The position numbers were made by a program, and so were the translations under genes. Source: Naegleria gruberi (Eukaryota). Taken from it: 64,000 bases of DNA. The stretch lies in NCBI GenBank assembly GCA_000004985.1, contig GG738889.1. One strand, written 5' to 3'. Shown piece after piece: positions 10,960 to 21,001 of the stretch. Every line of letters starts with the position of its first letter. Position 1 is the stretch's first letter. Under the pieces are notes generated by a model. The model made no database searches. It had not been told where the DNA came from and saw only the letters and a list, made by a program, of their open reading frames with translations.

Positions 10960-12838
10960 ATGGTAATTTCCGATGATTTTTATCAAAGTTTGAACGAGAA
11001 TTATAGTCGTGAGGAAAATTTGAGATTTCATAATAAGTTTAAAGATTCGTGGGTTGTTTTTTCAGAGAATGAAAATAATAGACCTTCATTGGAAAGTAAA
11101 CTAAATAATGAGGCTTCTGAATGGTCAAAAGAGGGCAAATCTGGTATGGGAAGAGAATTTCAGTGTTTACTATTGGAAACCTCTTGTGGAACTGAGCTGA
11201 ATGTAAATCTTTACAATTACAGCTCATTCAAAAAAAGGCTAGAATCGAACTGGATTCAATCCATCATGTGCTACAGTGCAAGTGAAAAATTTGTTCCAAG
11301 TTTGGATTTTCCTGAACTGCACACTTGTTTCAAGTTATATTTCAGAAAGATAGCTCTGAGTGCCATTGCTGAAGCAAGTAGTCATTATAGGCTTGCTAAG
11401 AAATATTGGAGCTCATCTAACACATACAGACCAAAGAAGTATATTGTTCATACTTTTAGAGATTTATTATTTGCTATTCAAATAGTGAAATTCAGAAGAA
11501 TTGTTGACTTTTCTCAGTCCAACGATTTGTATTATGAAATAATGGGAAAAGAGGAAACTGATTGGAATTATTTTGATTCAATTTACTATGCGAGATATCA
11601 AAAAATGAAAGAGGAACTAAATGAACTAGTAATGCTACCACCAATTGTGAAAGAAATTGAAAAACTTCCAAACAGTATTCATGTTTATGTCACTAGAATG
11701 AATAATGACTTCCAATCCATCTCAGATGAATTGGAAAGCTATTTTTCACTGGATATTACACACAAAAATGAAAACAATGTGGAATATCTATATTTTAGAG
11801 GAACAGATGAAACTCCTCTATATTCAGATTTTACCCTGAAGTTGTTTAATGGTTGCATACTCGGTAAATTCAATAATGTCACGGAACTCATCTGCCTCCC
11901 TCATAAGAAAGCTATTCCTGTTGGAAATCGTTATCAACCAAAGGTACTAGATATTAAAAATGGTTGTACCATTTGGAATATTGAAGCCAGTGCAAATATA
12001 GAAAATCTCATGGTACACATATACTATGACATTTTTACTCACAATTGGAAAATGTTACACAATGAAAAACCTAGTTGTGAAATTATATGGAAGAAATTTA
12101 AGGAACTAGGCTATGAAACTCCAAATAATGTAGATTTTACGTATACATTTGAAGTAATATTGGAAAGGAAAACATTTATTATTCAACAAATTAACCTCTT
12201 TTCAATTCAAGATACGAAGAAAGAGGTAATGGTCGATTTTTCTGAAGAGCTCTACTCAACGAAGAGATTAAAACATAATGGACTTACCTCACTGACTCAC
12301 ATTACTAACTATGCTAAGCAAATTAACCCATTGGAAACCAAAGAAATATTAATTATTGAAAAATCATGCATTCTTTCAGTAAGTGTCATTCAATTATATC
12401 GCAAATATTTATGCTATATTAAAGTATATCCTACCTCAATTCAATATTTTGAGCAATAGCTCTGAAAATGCTGCAGAGAGAGTTACCATTGAGCTTTTAC
12501 GTACTTCTCTCAATAATCCTCAACTCATTGAAATGGCAAGAGATTATGTCACCCTTAGATTCAACTCCTCTACGATATTCGATTCCGTACACAAAAAGAT
12601 TTCACTCCTTGTTGATAAGATATGTGACCTTCTCCCTCTAAATTTCAAAACGGAAGGAACAGAAAAAACAATTGGTCAAAGTTTCATCACCGAGTTAAAT
12701 TTTGTAAAGATTTTCCTTGTTTCTCTTCAACAAAAGCTCAAAAAACAATCCACAACCAACAATTTTGATTTTGTTTGCAATTGTTTCAAAGAGGTTGATA
12801 GTGATACGTTTTTTAAAGTGGCCAACACCTTCGAATAA
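10960..12838 (+). CDS. hypothetical protein, about 592 aa, 2 exons
   Basis: ATG at 10960. The track ORFs 10960-12459 and 12383-12838 join through a 100-nt intron 12379..12478 (GTAAGT...gcagag|AG, phase 0). This gives ...EKSCILS|RVTIELLRTSLNNPQLIEMARD... I recognise no domain. Confidence 0.45.
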
Positions 12839-13003
12839 AAACAACCACTAACCATTCTAACGAATGGGCACGATAAGCGCGAGATGGAAGGAATAATAAG
12901 TGAAGTCGGACGAATAAGCAGTAACATTCACTCTGTACTGGAGATCTCTTAAAATCATAACAAAGAGGTACAACAAACTCACAAATCATCACACAAAACA
13001 AAA

Positions 13004-14633
13004 ATGCAACACTCAACTGTGTTTCTTCTTGTCATCTCGTTGATTGGTTAGTAGCAGTTACATTATTATTGAACTAAACACCACATGCCAAACAGCATTT
13101 GTTATCAACAACGCATGCGCAGCACCTTATCCATGCGCTACCGTCTATCGTCCATTTTCTGCTGATTCTCTGTGGAATAGTCGTCCGGTCAATCCTGTCC
13201 TTGCTGAAAATGTCACCATACCAGAATCTGAAGTAAAATATTACCCAGCAATTGGTGAAGGAAGTTTCTCAACAGGTGTCTATATTGCATCAGCCTCTGA
13301 TCCATCAGTGACAGTTTATGGTCCTTCTGATTCGGTTGGAATTAATCTTTCTGAAGCTTTCGCCAAAGTACCAAGTCTTGTAATTCCAAGATGGCCAGGA
13401 AATACTATTCCTGCATCAGGTGGTGATGGCCATTGTGAAATTTATGATCCAATTGATAATAGAATTCACTCTTTCTGGCAATTGAAGAAGGTGAATGGTA
13501 CATGGCGTGCAACTCTTTATGGATGGTCTGCATTGGATGGACCTGGTTGGTCAACTCCTGCTACTTTTTATTCTGGAGCTAGAGCAGTTGGTATTGCCTC
13601 CTCTGCAGGATTGATTCGTACTCATGAAGTAAATGATGGTGATACCATGTATAGACATGCTTTAACCATGTCCATGACCAATAATGGTTTGGACAACAAT
13701 CCTACTTATGTCTTTCCAGCCACAGCTGCCGATAGTGATGCTGCAACCACTAACTATGGTAATATTCCAGAAGGCAGTCGTCTATTTTTGCCATCTTCAT
13801 TCAATGTATCTAAATTGATATCTACTCCAAAATTGAAAAAGATTGCTGAAACTTTGAAAACTTATGGAGCTTATGTCACTGATAGAAATTATGGAACACC
13901 ATATTTTATCTATGTTGAAATGGGATCCAATTATACACTCCATCCAGGTGGTTGGAATAATGTAGCAGCCAGTGAATTGCAAGTTATTCGTGCAGCTCTT
14001 CGTCCAATGGTTTCATGCTCTGGTTGGCTTAATGGAAATGATCAACAAGTCACATTTACACAAAATCAAAATGTTTTATCAATGAGAGGTCCATGGGGTT
14101 TAGAAAGTGGACCATCAGGAGGAAGTTATGATACATGGAAACAAGCTGTAGTGTTTGCTAATAGAACTTCTAGGACAACCTTCAGAACTTACAGTGCAAA
14201 CGGATTTGCTAAGGTTTCCTGGGGATCCCCAACAAGTGGAGTATTATATAATGTTACTGCCAAGACAACAGGTGGTGGTCAATTCAGATTGCTCTTGAAT
14301 ATGCAATGTCAAAACAAGTCAAATATTGATACAGGTGCGCTCTCTAATGGACAAAGTTATTTATTTACATGGCCATCTTCATATTGCTCTAGTTCTATTT
14401 TTGCCTATAGTGGAGTCAACCAAGAATCAAGTGTGTCTGTGACCATGTTGAGATATGAAGCTCCACAACCACAAGATACCTCATCTAAAGGTGGATCTAC
14501 TAATCCATCTAGCTCGTCTACAATTGTACCAACCCCATCAAAATCCTCAAGAAACGTCAATAGTTCTGTAAGAGTGGAATATAGTTTGGTTCTTGGCATT
14601 TTCTTTGTAATTCTATCACTTCTTCAATTCTAG
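13004..14633 (+). CDS. secreted protein with GPI-anchor-like C-terminus, unknown family; 2 exons
   Basis: Exon 1 (13004..13046) encodes a signal peptide, MQHSTVFLLVISLIG. Intron 13047..13095 (GTTAGT..aaacag) is followed by exon 2 (13096..14633). The body is Cys-poor and N-glycosylation-rich. The C-terminus ends in a Ser-rich stretch plus hydrophobic tail, VEYSLVLGIFFVILSLLQF. Confidence 0.55.
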
Positions 14634-14712
14634 AATAAAATACTGCTTTAGGACAACTTTTGGATTATGTGCGATAACAACAAATACGATCATCAAATTT
14701 CAAAAGAAAAAA

Positions 14713-16312
14713 ATGGTCAATCTGCTCTCTGTGCTTGTTGTTTTATTCTGCTTTCTTTTAATTTCATCACAATGCATCTCACAAGATATTCCTCCCTATC
14801 AAACTGGATTTTTCACACAACGATTAGATCACTTTGATTTTACCAACATTGCAACCTTTCCCCAACGTTATTTTGTTTGCGACCTCTATGTAAAGCATTC
14901 TACTCGTTCCTCCGTAATTGTAGATGATAACAACTTAATACAGATTGATCCTTTCATTCCAATCATTGCATATCCAGGAAATGAAGGTGCTTTGGAAGAG
15001 TTTTACGAAAATACAGGGCTTGTGTTTGAGTTGGCCAAATATTATGGAGCTCTTGTAATATTTATTGAACATCGTTTTTATGGAAAGACCATTCCACCAA
15101 ATCAAGATCCTCAAAGGTATCTCACCATTGAGCAAGCAACTCATGATTTGGCTGTGTTTTTCACTGAAAACTTTGGATTGGACGAAAAGAGAAAGAATCC
15201 AATAGTAAGTAATCTTAATTATTTTCAAGCTAAAGCTGTAAAGATTCTTGTTGGAGGTTCTTATGGTGGAGATTTAGCTGCTTGGTAAGTTACCTATTAA
15301 TGTCATCACAAATAATTATAATATTGCAATTAGGATGAGATTTAAATTTCCACACTTGATTGATGGCTCAATAGCAGCCAGTGCTCCTATTCTATTCTTC
15401 AATGGCATCACTCCTCCATATCTTGCTGCTCAAATTGCAACTGAGGCTTACAGAAATTTAACAAACTTTCAAATTTATCCTAAAATGACTTGTGACAGTG
15501 CAGTTAAAAAAGGATTTGAATTCTTGTCTAAATACTTTGAAAGTACAACATCTAAAGAGCAACTACAAATGCTCTCAAGAAAATTCAGACTCTGTAATGA
15601 AATGAAATCAAATTTGGAGGTCAAAGTGTTGGCTTCTTACATTGCATTTTCATTTGAAGTATTGGCTCAAGCCAACTATCCCTATCCAACCAACTTTTTT
15701 AACAATTTGCCTGCTTGGCCAGTGAATGGATTATGTACTTCAATAGCTAAGCATTTGGCCACCTCTCCAAATTTAGAGAGTGAAGATTTGTATTTTACAA
15801 TTCTATTTGATGGTGTCAATCTTTTCCAAAACTACACTGGCGACAAATCTTGTTTCAATACTAGCAATTTGGGTGGAGGATTACAATGGAACTCCTGGTC
15901 TCTTCAGCTTTGTAATGAAATGATCATTCCATCAGGTTTTTATCCTAGCACAGACATGTTCTTCTCCAATCCTTACAATTTGAAAGTCCAAATGAAGGCC
16001 TGTATGAGCAAGTACAAATTCAATCCACAACCGTATTGGTTGGCAACCTATTTTGGAGGGAAAAGAGCATTGACAGAACATTCCAATATAATATTCTCAA
16101 ACGGTCAGTATGATGCAGTGAGAGCTGGAAGTGTTGAAAAGGGAATGAAAACATCTCCATCCATAATTCCAATCTTCATTGAACAAGGAGGTCACCATTT
16201 GGATATAAGATGGTCAAATCCAAATGATCCACAATCTGTAAAAATTGCAAGAGAAATTGAATTTAAATATGTTGGCATTTGGATTCAAAAGTTTTTAAAT
16301 TCCCTCAATTAG
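14713..16312 (+). CDS. S28-family serine carboxypeptidase (lysosomal Pro-X carboxypeptidase / DPP7-like)
   Basis: ATG at 14713 with signal peptide MVNLLSVLVVLFCFLLISSQC. Motifs include DHFDFTN, YPGNEG and the catalytic GGSYGGDLAAW. Obligatory intron 15285..15333 (GTAAGT..attag) yields LAAW|MRFKFPHLIDGSIAASAPI, matching PRCP LAAWFRMKYPHMVVGALAASAPI. There are two further candidate in-frame mini-introns, 14890..14943 (54 nt) and 15205..15243 (39 nt). Confidence 0.8.
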
Positions 16313-16328
16313 ATAAATATATCCCATG

Positions 16329-17387
16329 TTATGACATGGTAACAAAATCATAATGGTTATTAATTTGATTAAAAGACAACCAAATAACTCTAGCGTTTGG
16401 ATTATCATTCTTTTTCACATCTGAAATCGTGTGTAAATTATGAAATCTTCTAGAATAAAACATACCCACTATTGATTCGATTCGTTGTTGCCCTCTCTTG
16501 GTACCAAAGGCATGATGACTCAATACGGCTACTTTAAAGTTTGTCTGAGGTTCTAAACATTGAGAAAGTGCAACAATACAACTAAAATCACCCCAAATAC
16601 CAGACATTAACATTCTTCTCAAGTGTCTCTCCACATCTGCATTAATATTCGTATCACCATTCTCCATAAAAAGTGAATGTCTGAAAGGTAACCCCTCAAT
16701 TTTAGTGTCCAAATTCTTTCTCATCCAATCCACTGCCATATATCTCACATCCATGTGTTTCGATTCAGTTCCATACAGACCCATAGATATTGCCCTAAAT
16801 AAACAATTACCATCTGGTTTGACCTTGACAATTTTCATCTTTCCCTTTGGTTGCTGCTTATTCATTGGTTGTCTTTCACTGTTTTGAATCTGTGTTGTTC
16901 CTTCTTGATTATTGTTAGAATTTGGTAAATTATTATTATTGGATGATGAAGAATTATCAGTGCTATTACTTGCTGATGATTCCTTCTTTCCCCATAAGAA
17001 GTTCAATTCATTCCCAAACAATTCTCCAAGAAACAAATCTTCTCTCAACTCTTTCTTGATGGTGGAACAATAAATTAAAAACATTATAATTATTAAATAT
17101 TTAAATCTTTGCAAAAATTGATTTCTTTCCGTGTATTGATCGAAATTAATTAATACAGATGAAATTATCTTTTGATTTAATTGTTCTGATGAATTTGATA
17201 ATTTGATATTATTCATCATCATTCTTAATTTAAATGTTTTAATATTTTTAAATTGAAGAAGGCTTGAAAATTTACTAAAATAATGATGACCATCATTAAT
17301 TTGTTTCCTATTGATAATCATGATGGAAAAACTACCTTGAATAACCTTCCGAAATGCATTCCCAAATACTATTTGATGTTGAATCAT
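16329..17387 (-). CDS. OTU-domain deubiquitinase-like cysteine protease
   Basis: ATG at 17387..17385. The OTU catalytic motif is VKPDGNCLFRAISMGLYG. A poly-N/S linker, SSSSNNNNLPNSNNN, lies between the N-terminal region and the OTU core. Confidence 0.7.
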   Translation of the reverse strand: MIQHQIVFGNAFRKVIQGSFSIMIINRKQINDGHHYFSKFSSLLQFKNIKTFKLRMMMNNIKLSNSSEQLNQKIISSVLINFDQYTERNQFLQRFKYLIIIMFLIYCSTIKKELREDLFLGELFGNELNFLWGKKESSASNSTDNSSSSNNNNLPNSNNNQEGTTQIQNSERQPMNKQQPKGKMKIVKVKPDGNCLFRAISMGLYGTESKHMDVRYMAVDWMRKNLDTKIEGLPFRHSLFMENGDTNINADVERHLRRMLMSGIWGDFSCIVALSQCLEPQTNFKVAVLSHHAFGTKRGQQRIESIVGMFYSRRFHNLHTISDVKKNDNPNARVIWLSFNQINNHYDFVTMS

Positions 17388-17613
17388 TTTTTTTTGTAAA
17401 CTATTAAAGAATAATTATTGAAAACTATTAATATTTATTAAATATGAAAATAATTCTCTTTCTCCAATGTACTACAATAAAATACTTGAAACTAAAAAGA
17501 AACCCTTGATACTTTCCAATCTTCGGAGATGAAAATTCTCTCCGTTCCTATGGGAAGTTTTCCAATTATATTTTAAAAATAAAAATAAAATAAAAATTTA
17601 AGTCTAAAAAAAA

Positions 17614-18350
17614 ATGGAATCTACCGACGCTTTGCTCCCACAAGCTTTGGAGCGCATCAGAGAACCTGGTGATGATGCAATGCCAACTCTTCTCTCAATT
17701 ATTCTTGGTATTGTTGGAGTTACTCTTTTATTAGTTCTTGTTTTACCACTCTTCGGTGGTACCGTTGCTTTTGACGGTGAACAATGGGCATACATTTTCG
17801 CTGCTATTGATCCATATATTTTCTCTGCTGTTGGTACTGGATGTGTTATTGGTCTTTCTGTTATTGGTGCTGGTTGGGGTATCACTATTGCTGGTGCTTC
17901 TATTATGGGTGCCTGTGTTAGAGCCCCTCGTATCAAGACTAAGAACCTCATCAGTATTATTTTCTGTGAAGCTGTTGCTATCTACGGTATTATTATGGCT
18001 ATTGTCCTTTCAACACAAACCAAATGGTTCATGGATGATAAGGATTCCTCAAAGGTTACTCCTTGGCCAATTCTTGTTGGTTCATGTTATTCCTTGTTTG
18101 CTGCTGGTCTCACTGTTGGTTTAGGTAACATGGCCTGTGGTGCTTGTGTTGGTATTGTTGGTAGTGGTTGTGCTATTGCTGATGCTGCTGAACCATCATT
18201 GTTCGTCAAGATTTTGGTTGTCGAAATTTTCGCTTCTGCTTTAGGTATTTTTGCTATCATTGTTGGTATTGTTGTGGCATCTGGTAAGTTGAATAATGTT
18301 GAATGGTTTTTTCTAATGTTTAATTTTTAGGCGCAAAGATGGCTCCATAG
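17614..18350 (+). CDS. ATP6V0B: V-type H+-ATPase 21 kDa proteolipid subunit c''
   Basis: ATG at 17614. It has five hydrophobic segments and proteolipid motifs GAAYGTAK-like ([32 protein letters not shown]). Probable 3' intron 18284..18330 (GTAAGT..tttag) gives the C-terminus ...IVVASGAKMAP. The alternative unspliced end is at 18330. Confidence 0.8.
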
Positions 18351-18620
18351 TTTTTGTTTTATACATTATAAATGAGGAAAGGAAGTCTAATAAGATAATT
18401 GTAAGAAGAGGAGTGGACTTGATTATTTATTGATGAAACATACACGGATGAAAACTCTAAATTGGATTTTCTTATTGGAAATTGGAAAACTCTATTCTCT
18501 TGCATTATCCATTATTGGATGACTTTGCGAAATTAATCTATTAAAAAATTAAATTCTTTCAATTCTCATTCTTGTCGACTGTTTCTGCATGTTTATGTTA
18601 TTATTAAAGATCTTTACAGA

Positions 18621-19508
18621 ATGCATTCAATAAAAGATCCATTACATAACAACACCACTTCAAGATTTTTTAATAAAAAAATGGAAAATAGATTGGAAGA
18701 ACTTGCTAAACGTTTTGGCAATATTGAAAATTCATTAAACCAATTGCAACAACAATTGAACGGAATTTCCAAGAAGAAATCTGAACAAGTAACAACTTCG
18801 TTATCATCGTCATCCACAACAATAACAACAAGTGAATCCTCATCATCGGCATTGGCATCAACAATCATTGAAAATCCTAATGCAATCATTCATGAAAGTA
18901 ATTTTGATAGAGAGGAACCGAACGATACCGAATTGATAAAGATCGTCAAGAAACAAGTACAAAAATTAGGCTTTAAATTTGCCAATTTCTCTCAAGTCCC
19001 AAAGGATTACTATTCTAGACCTCTCGAAGCCAGACGGGATTTGTTACAAACAGCTAGTATGCATCAATTGTGTAAGAGTTTGATATTGGAAAATTCCAAA
19101 TGTGTGTTGAGTGATTGCTCTGTTAGAACAAATTCCAAATATTATTGTGTGATTGTGCAATATTCAGCCAAATTCAATTCTAAAAAGTTGACTAAATATG
19201 TCAGAGAATTGAATCAAGGTAAATTGGGAAAGAAACAATTTGTTTTTAGTTTGACTGATGCTCCAAAAGCTTTTGAATTGACAGGATATGAATTTAATGG
19301 AGTTTCTCCTGTTGCTTTACCTGAAAAGGAAAATATTAACATTCCAATAGTTTTGGATAAGAAGATCGTTGATGAACATAAACAATTCTGGATTGGTGGA
19401 GGTAGTGAAGATTGGAAAATTTTATTTAACACTGATGAATTTATCAAGATTTATAATCCATTTGTGACAAGTATTACTTATGAAGGAAATGAAATTGATG
19501 AAGAGTAA
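18621..19508 (+). CDS. YbaK/ProX-type aminoacyl-tRNA editing (deacylase) domain protein
   Basis: ATG at 18621. The C-terminal two thirds, ...LTGYEFNGVSPVALPEKENINIPIVLDKKIVDEHKQFWIGGGSEDWKIL..., resembles the YbaK/ProX deacylase fold. The N-terminal part is a Ser/Thr-rich coiled coil. Confidence 0.55.
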   Translation: MHSIKDPLHNNTTSRFFNKKMENRLEELAKRFGNIENSLNQLQQQLNGISKKKSEQVTTSLSSSSTTITTSESSSSALASTIIENPNAIIHESNFDREEPNDTELIKIVKKQVQKLGFKFANFSQVPKDYYSRPLEARRDLLQTASMHQLCKSLILENSKCVLSDCSVRTNSKYYCVIVQYSAKFNSKKLTKYVRELNQGKLGKKQFVFSLTDAPKAFELTGYEFNGVSPVALPEKENINIPIVLDKKIVDEHKQFWIGGGSEDWKILFNTDEFIKIYNPFVTSITYEGNEIDEE

Positions 19509-19646
19509 ATTCATGAAAAGAACTACTTTCTAATATCTGCTCCCTTTCTTGTTGAATTAAAAATGTTAATTGCTTGAGGAAAATGAGATCAAATGCTTAC
19601 TGCCGACTTGGTTAACAATTATAGGGCATAATTTAAGAAAGAGAAT

Positions 19647-19766
19647 GGCTACGGCCATATCACGATGAATGCACCTCATCCCGTCTGATTTGAGAAGTTA
19701 AGCATCGTCGAGCCACATCAATACTGAGGTTGGAGACAACTTGGGAACCTGTGGTGCTGTAGTCTT
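19647..19766 (+). rRNA. 5S ribosomal RNA gene
   Basis: GGCTACGGCCATATCACGATGAATGCACCTCATCCCGTCTGATTTGAGAAGTTAAGCATCGTCGAGCC...GGGAACCTGTGGTGCTGTAGTC matches the universal 5S consensus (GCCTACGGCCATACC...CCGATCTGCGAAGTTAAGC...GGGAATACCGGGTGCTGTAGGC). The 5' GGCUAC pairs with the 3' GUAGUC (helix I). A T5 run follows. Confidence 0.85.
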
Positions 19767-19769
19767 TTT
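19765..19769 (+). terminator. Pol III oligo-T terminator following the 5S gene
   Basis: TTTTT immediately 3' of the 5S helix I strand. Confidence 0.55.
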
Positions 19770-20103
19770 CATTTTTTCTTTTCAGTTAAATGAAGTAAGC
19801 TAAGTTTCGTGAAATATGTTGTCAAACGAATTATTGTATTTTGAGGCAAAAAGAAGACTTTTTATTGAAATCAATTAATATATTGGAGGACTTCCTATTG
19901 AGATTAGAAAGCATTAATCAACTTTTTAGCTTCAGAATCATCTGCAGATGGACTTTGTCTTTCATTGACAACCTTCATAATAAGAGTCAAATTGCATTCC
20001 AAAGTGACAACCAAATCATTGATTAACAACATTCCATTAATCAATGATTTCAAGATAATTTTGAACGGTTCATTTCGTTAAAGTCATGATTTATTTCACT
20101 TAA

Positions 20104-20212
20104 TAATTAGACGGGAAGCCTGCCAGGAATATGGCGACAATCCCGCTACAGTCTTTGACTGTATGAACTGTGAGGTACGTCGTCTTTCGAGTCAGTAAGA
20201 GAGAGTGATTGG
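20104..20212 (+). repeat. copy A of an unidentified ~100-nt element (GGGAAG..AGGAAT..GGCGACAATCCCGCTAC..GTACG..AGTAAGAGAG)
   Basis: Shares ordered blocks with copy B at 20697..20800: GGGAAG, AGGAAT, GGC(G/A)ACAATCCC, TAC, GTACG and AGTAAGAGRG. The G(A/C)CGGG...AATCCCGCTAC core is reminiscent of a 7SL (SRP RNA) Alu-domain 5' region. Confidence 0.35.
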
Positions 20213-20431
20213 AGGAAGAGGCATTGAGCAAGTTCATTTATTGATTTTGAAATTGATCATCACGAAAAAAAATATTTTGGTTAAAGAAATTCATAAATTG
20301 ATCAAAATTGCTCAGTTGGAAATCAGTTCAACTTGTTCATCTCCTTTATGAAATTTTCTCCAATTTCTAGTATTTTTAATTGCTTCAATTCAATGATATC
20401 GCTTAAATGATACTTTGCATTTCTATGAAAC

Positions 20432-20610
20432 ATCTTTCTCGGCCAATTGGGTTTGATCGAGTGTAGTATCTTTTCTTTTCAGTGTAATAGCTGAAACCAG
20501 CCCACCACGGGTTGCCATTACTATTAACTCAATTTTTTGTAGGGTCCAGAGTTGTGCTTAATTGCACACATTGGTTGGCTTCAATCAGATATTGCACTGA
20601 TAGTCAGATT
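20432..20610 (+). ncRNA. U2 spliceosomal snRNA gene
   Basis: ATCTTTCTCGGCCAATTGGGTTTGATCGAGTGTAGTATCTTTTCTTTTCAGTGTAATAGCTGAAA aligns with human U2 AUCGCUUCUCGGCCUUUUGGCUAAGAUCAAGUGUAGUAUCUGUUCUUAUCAGUUUAAUAUCUGAUA, including the GUAGUA branch-point-pairing box. The Sm site AATTTTTTG is at 20531. A terminal hairpin ATCAG-ATATTGCA-CTGAT resembles the human stem-loop IV loop UAUUGCA. Confidence 0.8.
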
Positions 20611-20696
20611 TAGAGCTATCCCACTTGAAAATAGAAAAGTTGAGTACTTTACACTATATTGAATGTTTTGGTGTTTAGAAAGGATATTATCAATAT

Positions 20697-20800
20697 TATG
20701 TAATCTACTAAAGAGGGAAGTATTTAAGGAATGGCAACAATCCCAGTACGAACTGAAGGAAAGAATTCTGTACGAATCTTATTTGTTCAAAGTAAGAGGG
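20697..20800 (+). repeat. copy B of the same ~100-nt element (diverged)
   Basis: GGGAAGTATTTAAGGAATGGCAACAATCCCAGTACGAACTG...TCTGTACGAATCTTATTTGTTCAAAGTAAGAGGG. It lies inside a dubious 80-aa track ORF (20663-20905). Confidence 0.35.
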
Positions 20801-21001
20801 AAAGACAATATTTCATCAACCCAATATTTTGATAGTGGAATGGTTTCTAGCGACACTATTATGGTGATTCACAACAACACGTTGATGTTCAACAACGAGG
20901 TTTAGAATATAAAACTTTATTAATAATAGATAATTCATATAAACATATAAATAATATAGTACATTGACAGATTCTGCTGCTATCATTTCAATTACAGTAT
21001 T

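Noticed and set aside
12379-12478. Alternative explanation of ORFs 10960-12459 and 12383-12838 as two separate genes
   Set aside because: The second ORF has no ATG before its conserved region (the track start is not ATG). A GTAAGT...AG intron of 100 nt joins them in frame, so one gene is more parsimonious. This remains unverified.
17604-18124. Track ORFs 17604-17951 (minus, 115 aa) and 17738-18124 (plus, 128 aa) overlapping the V-ATPase proteolipid gene
   Set aside because: They are alternative-frame or antisense shadows of a Gly/Ala/Val/Leu-rich hydrophobic gene. Their products are low-complexity (poly-L/V), and the proteolipid frame has a clear conserved identity.
19795-19850. U6-like fragment TTCGTGAA in ...gctaagtttcgtgaaatatg...
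   Set aside because: It matches only an 8-mer of U6. It lacks ACAGAGA and AGC boxes and the 5' stem.
20104-20212. tRNA-like reading of GGCGACAATCCCGCT in element A (possible T-arm), and a spliced-leader RNA reading (perfect GAG|GTACGT donor after about 65 nt)
   Set aside because: The 7-nt loop ACAATCC does not fit the T-loop consensus TTCRANY, and there is no acceptor-stem pairing. For SL RNA the putative exon would have to be identical between copies, but A and B differ extensively upstream of GTACG.
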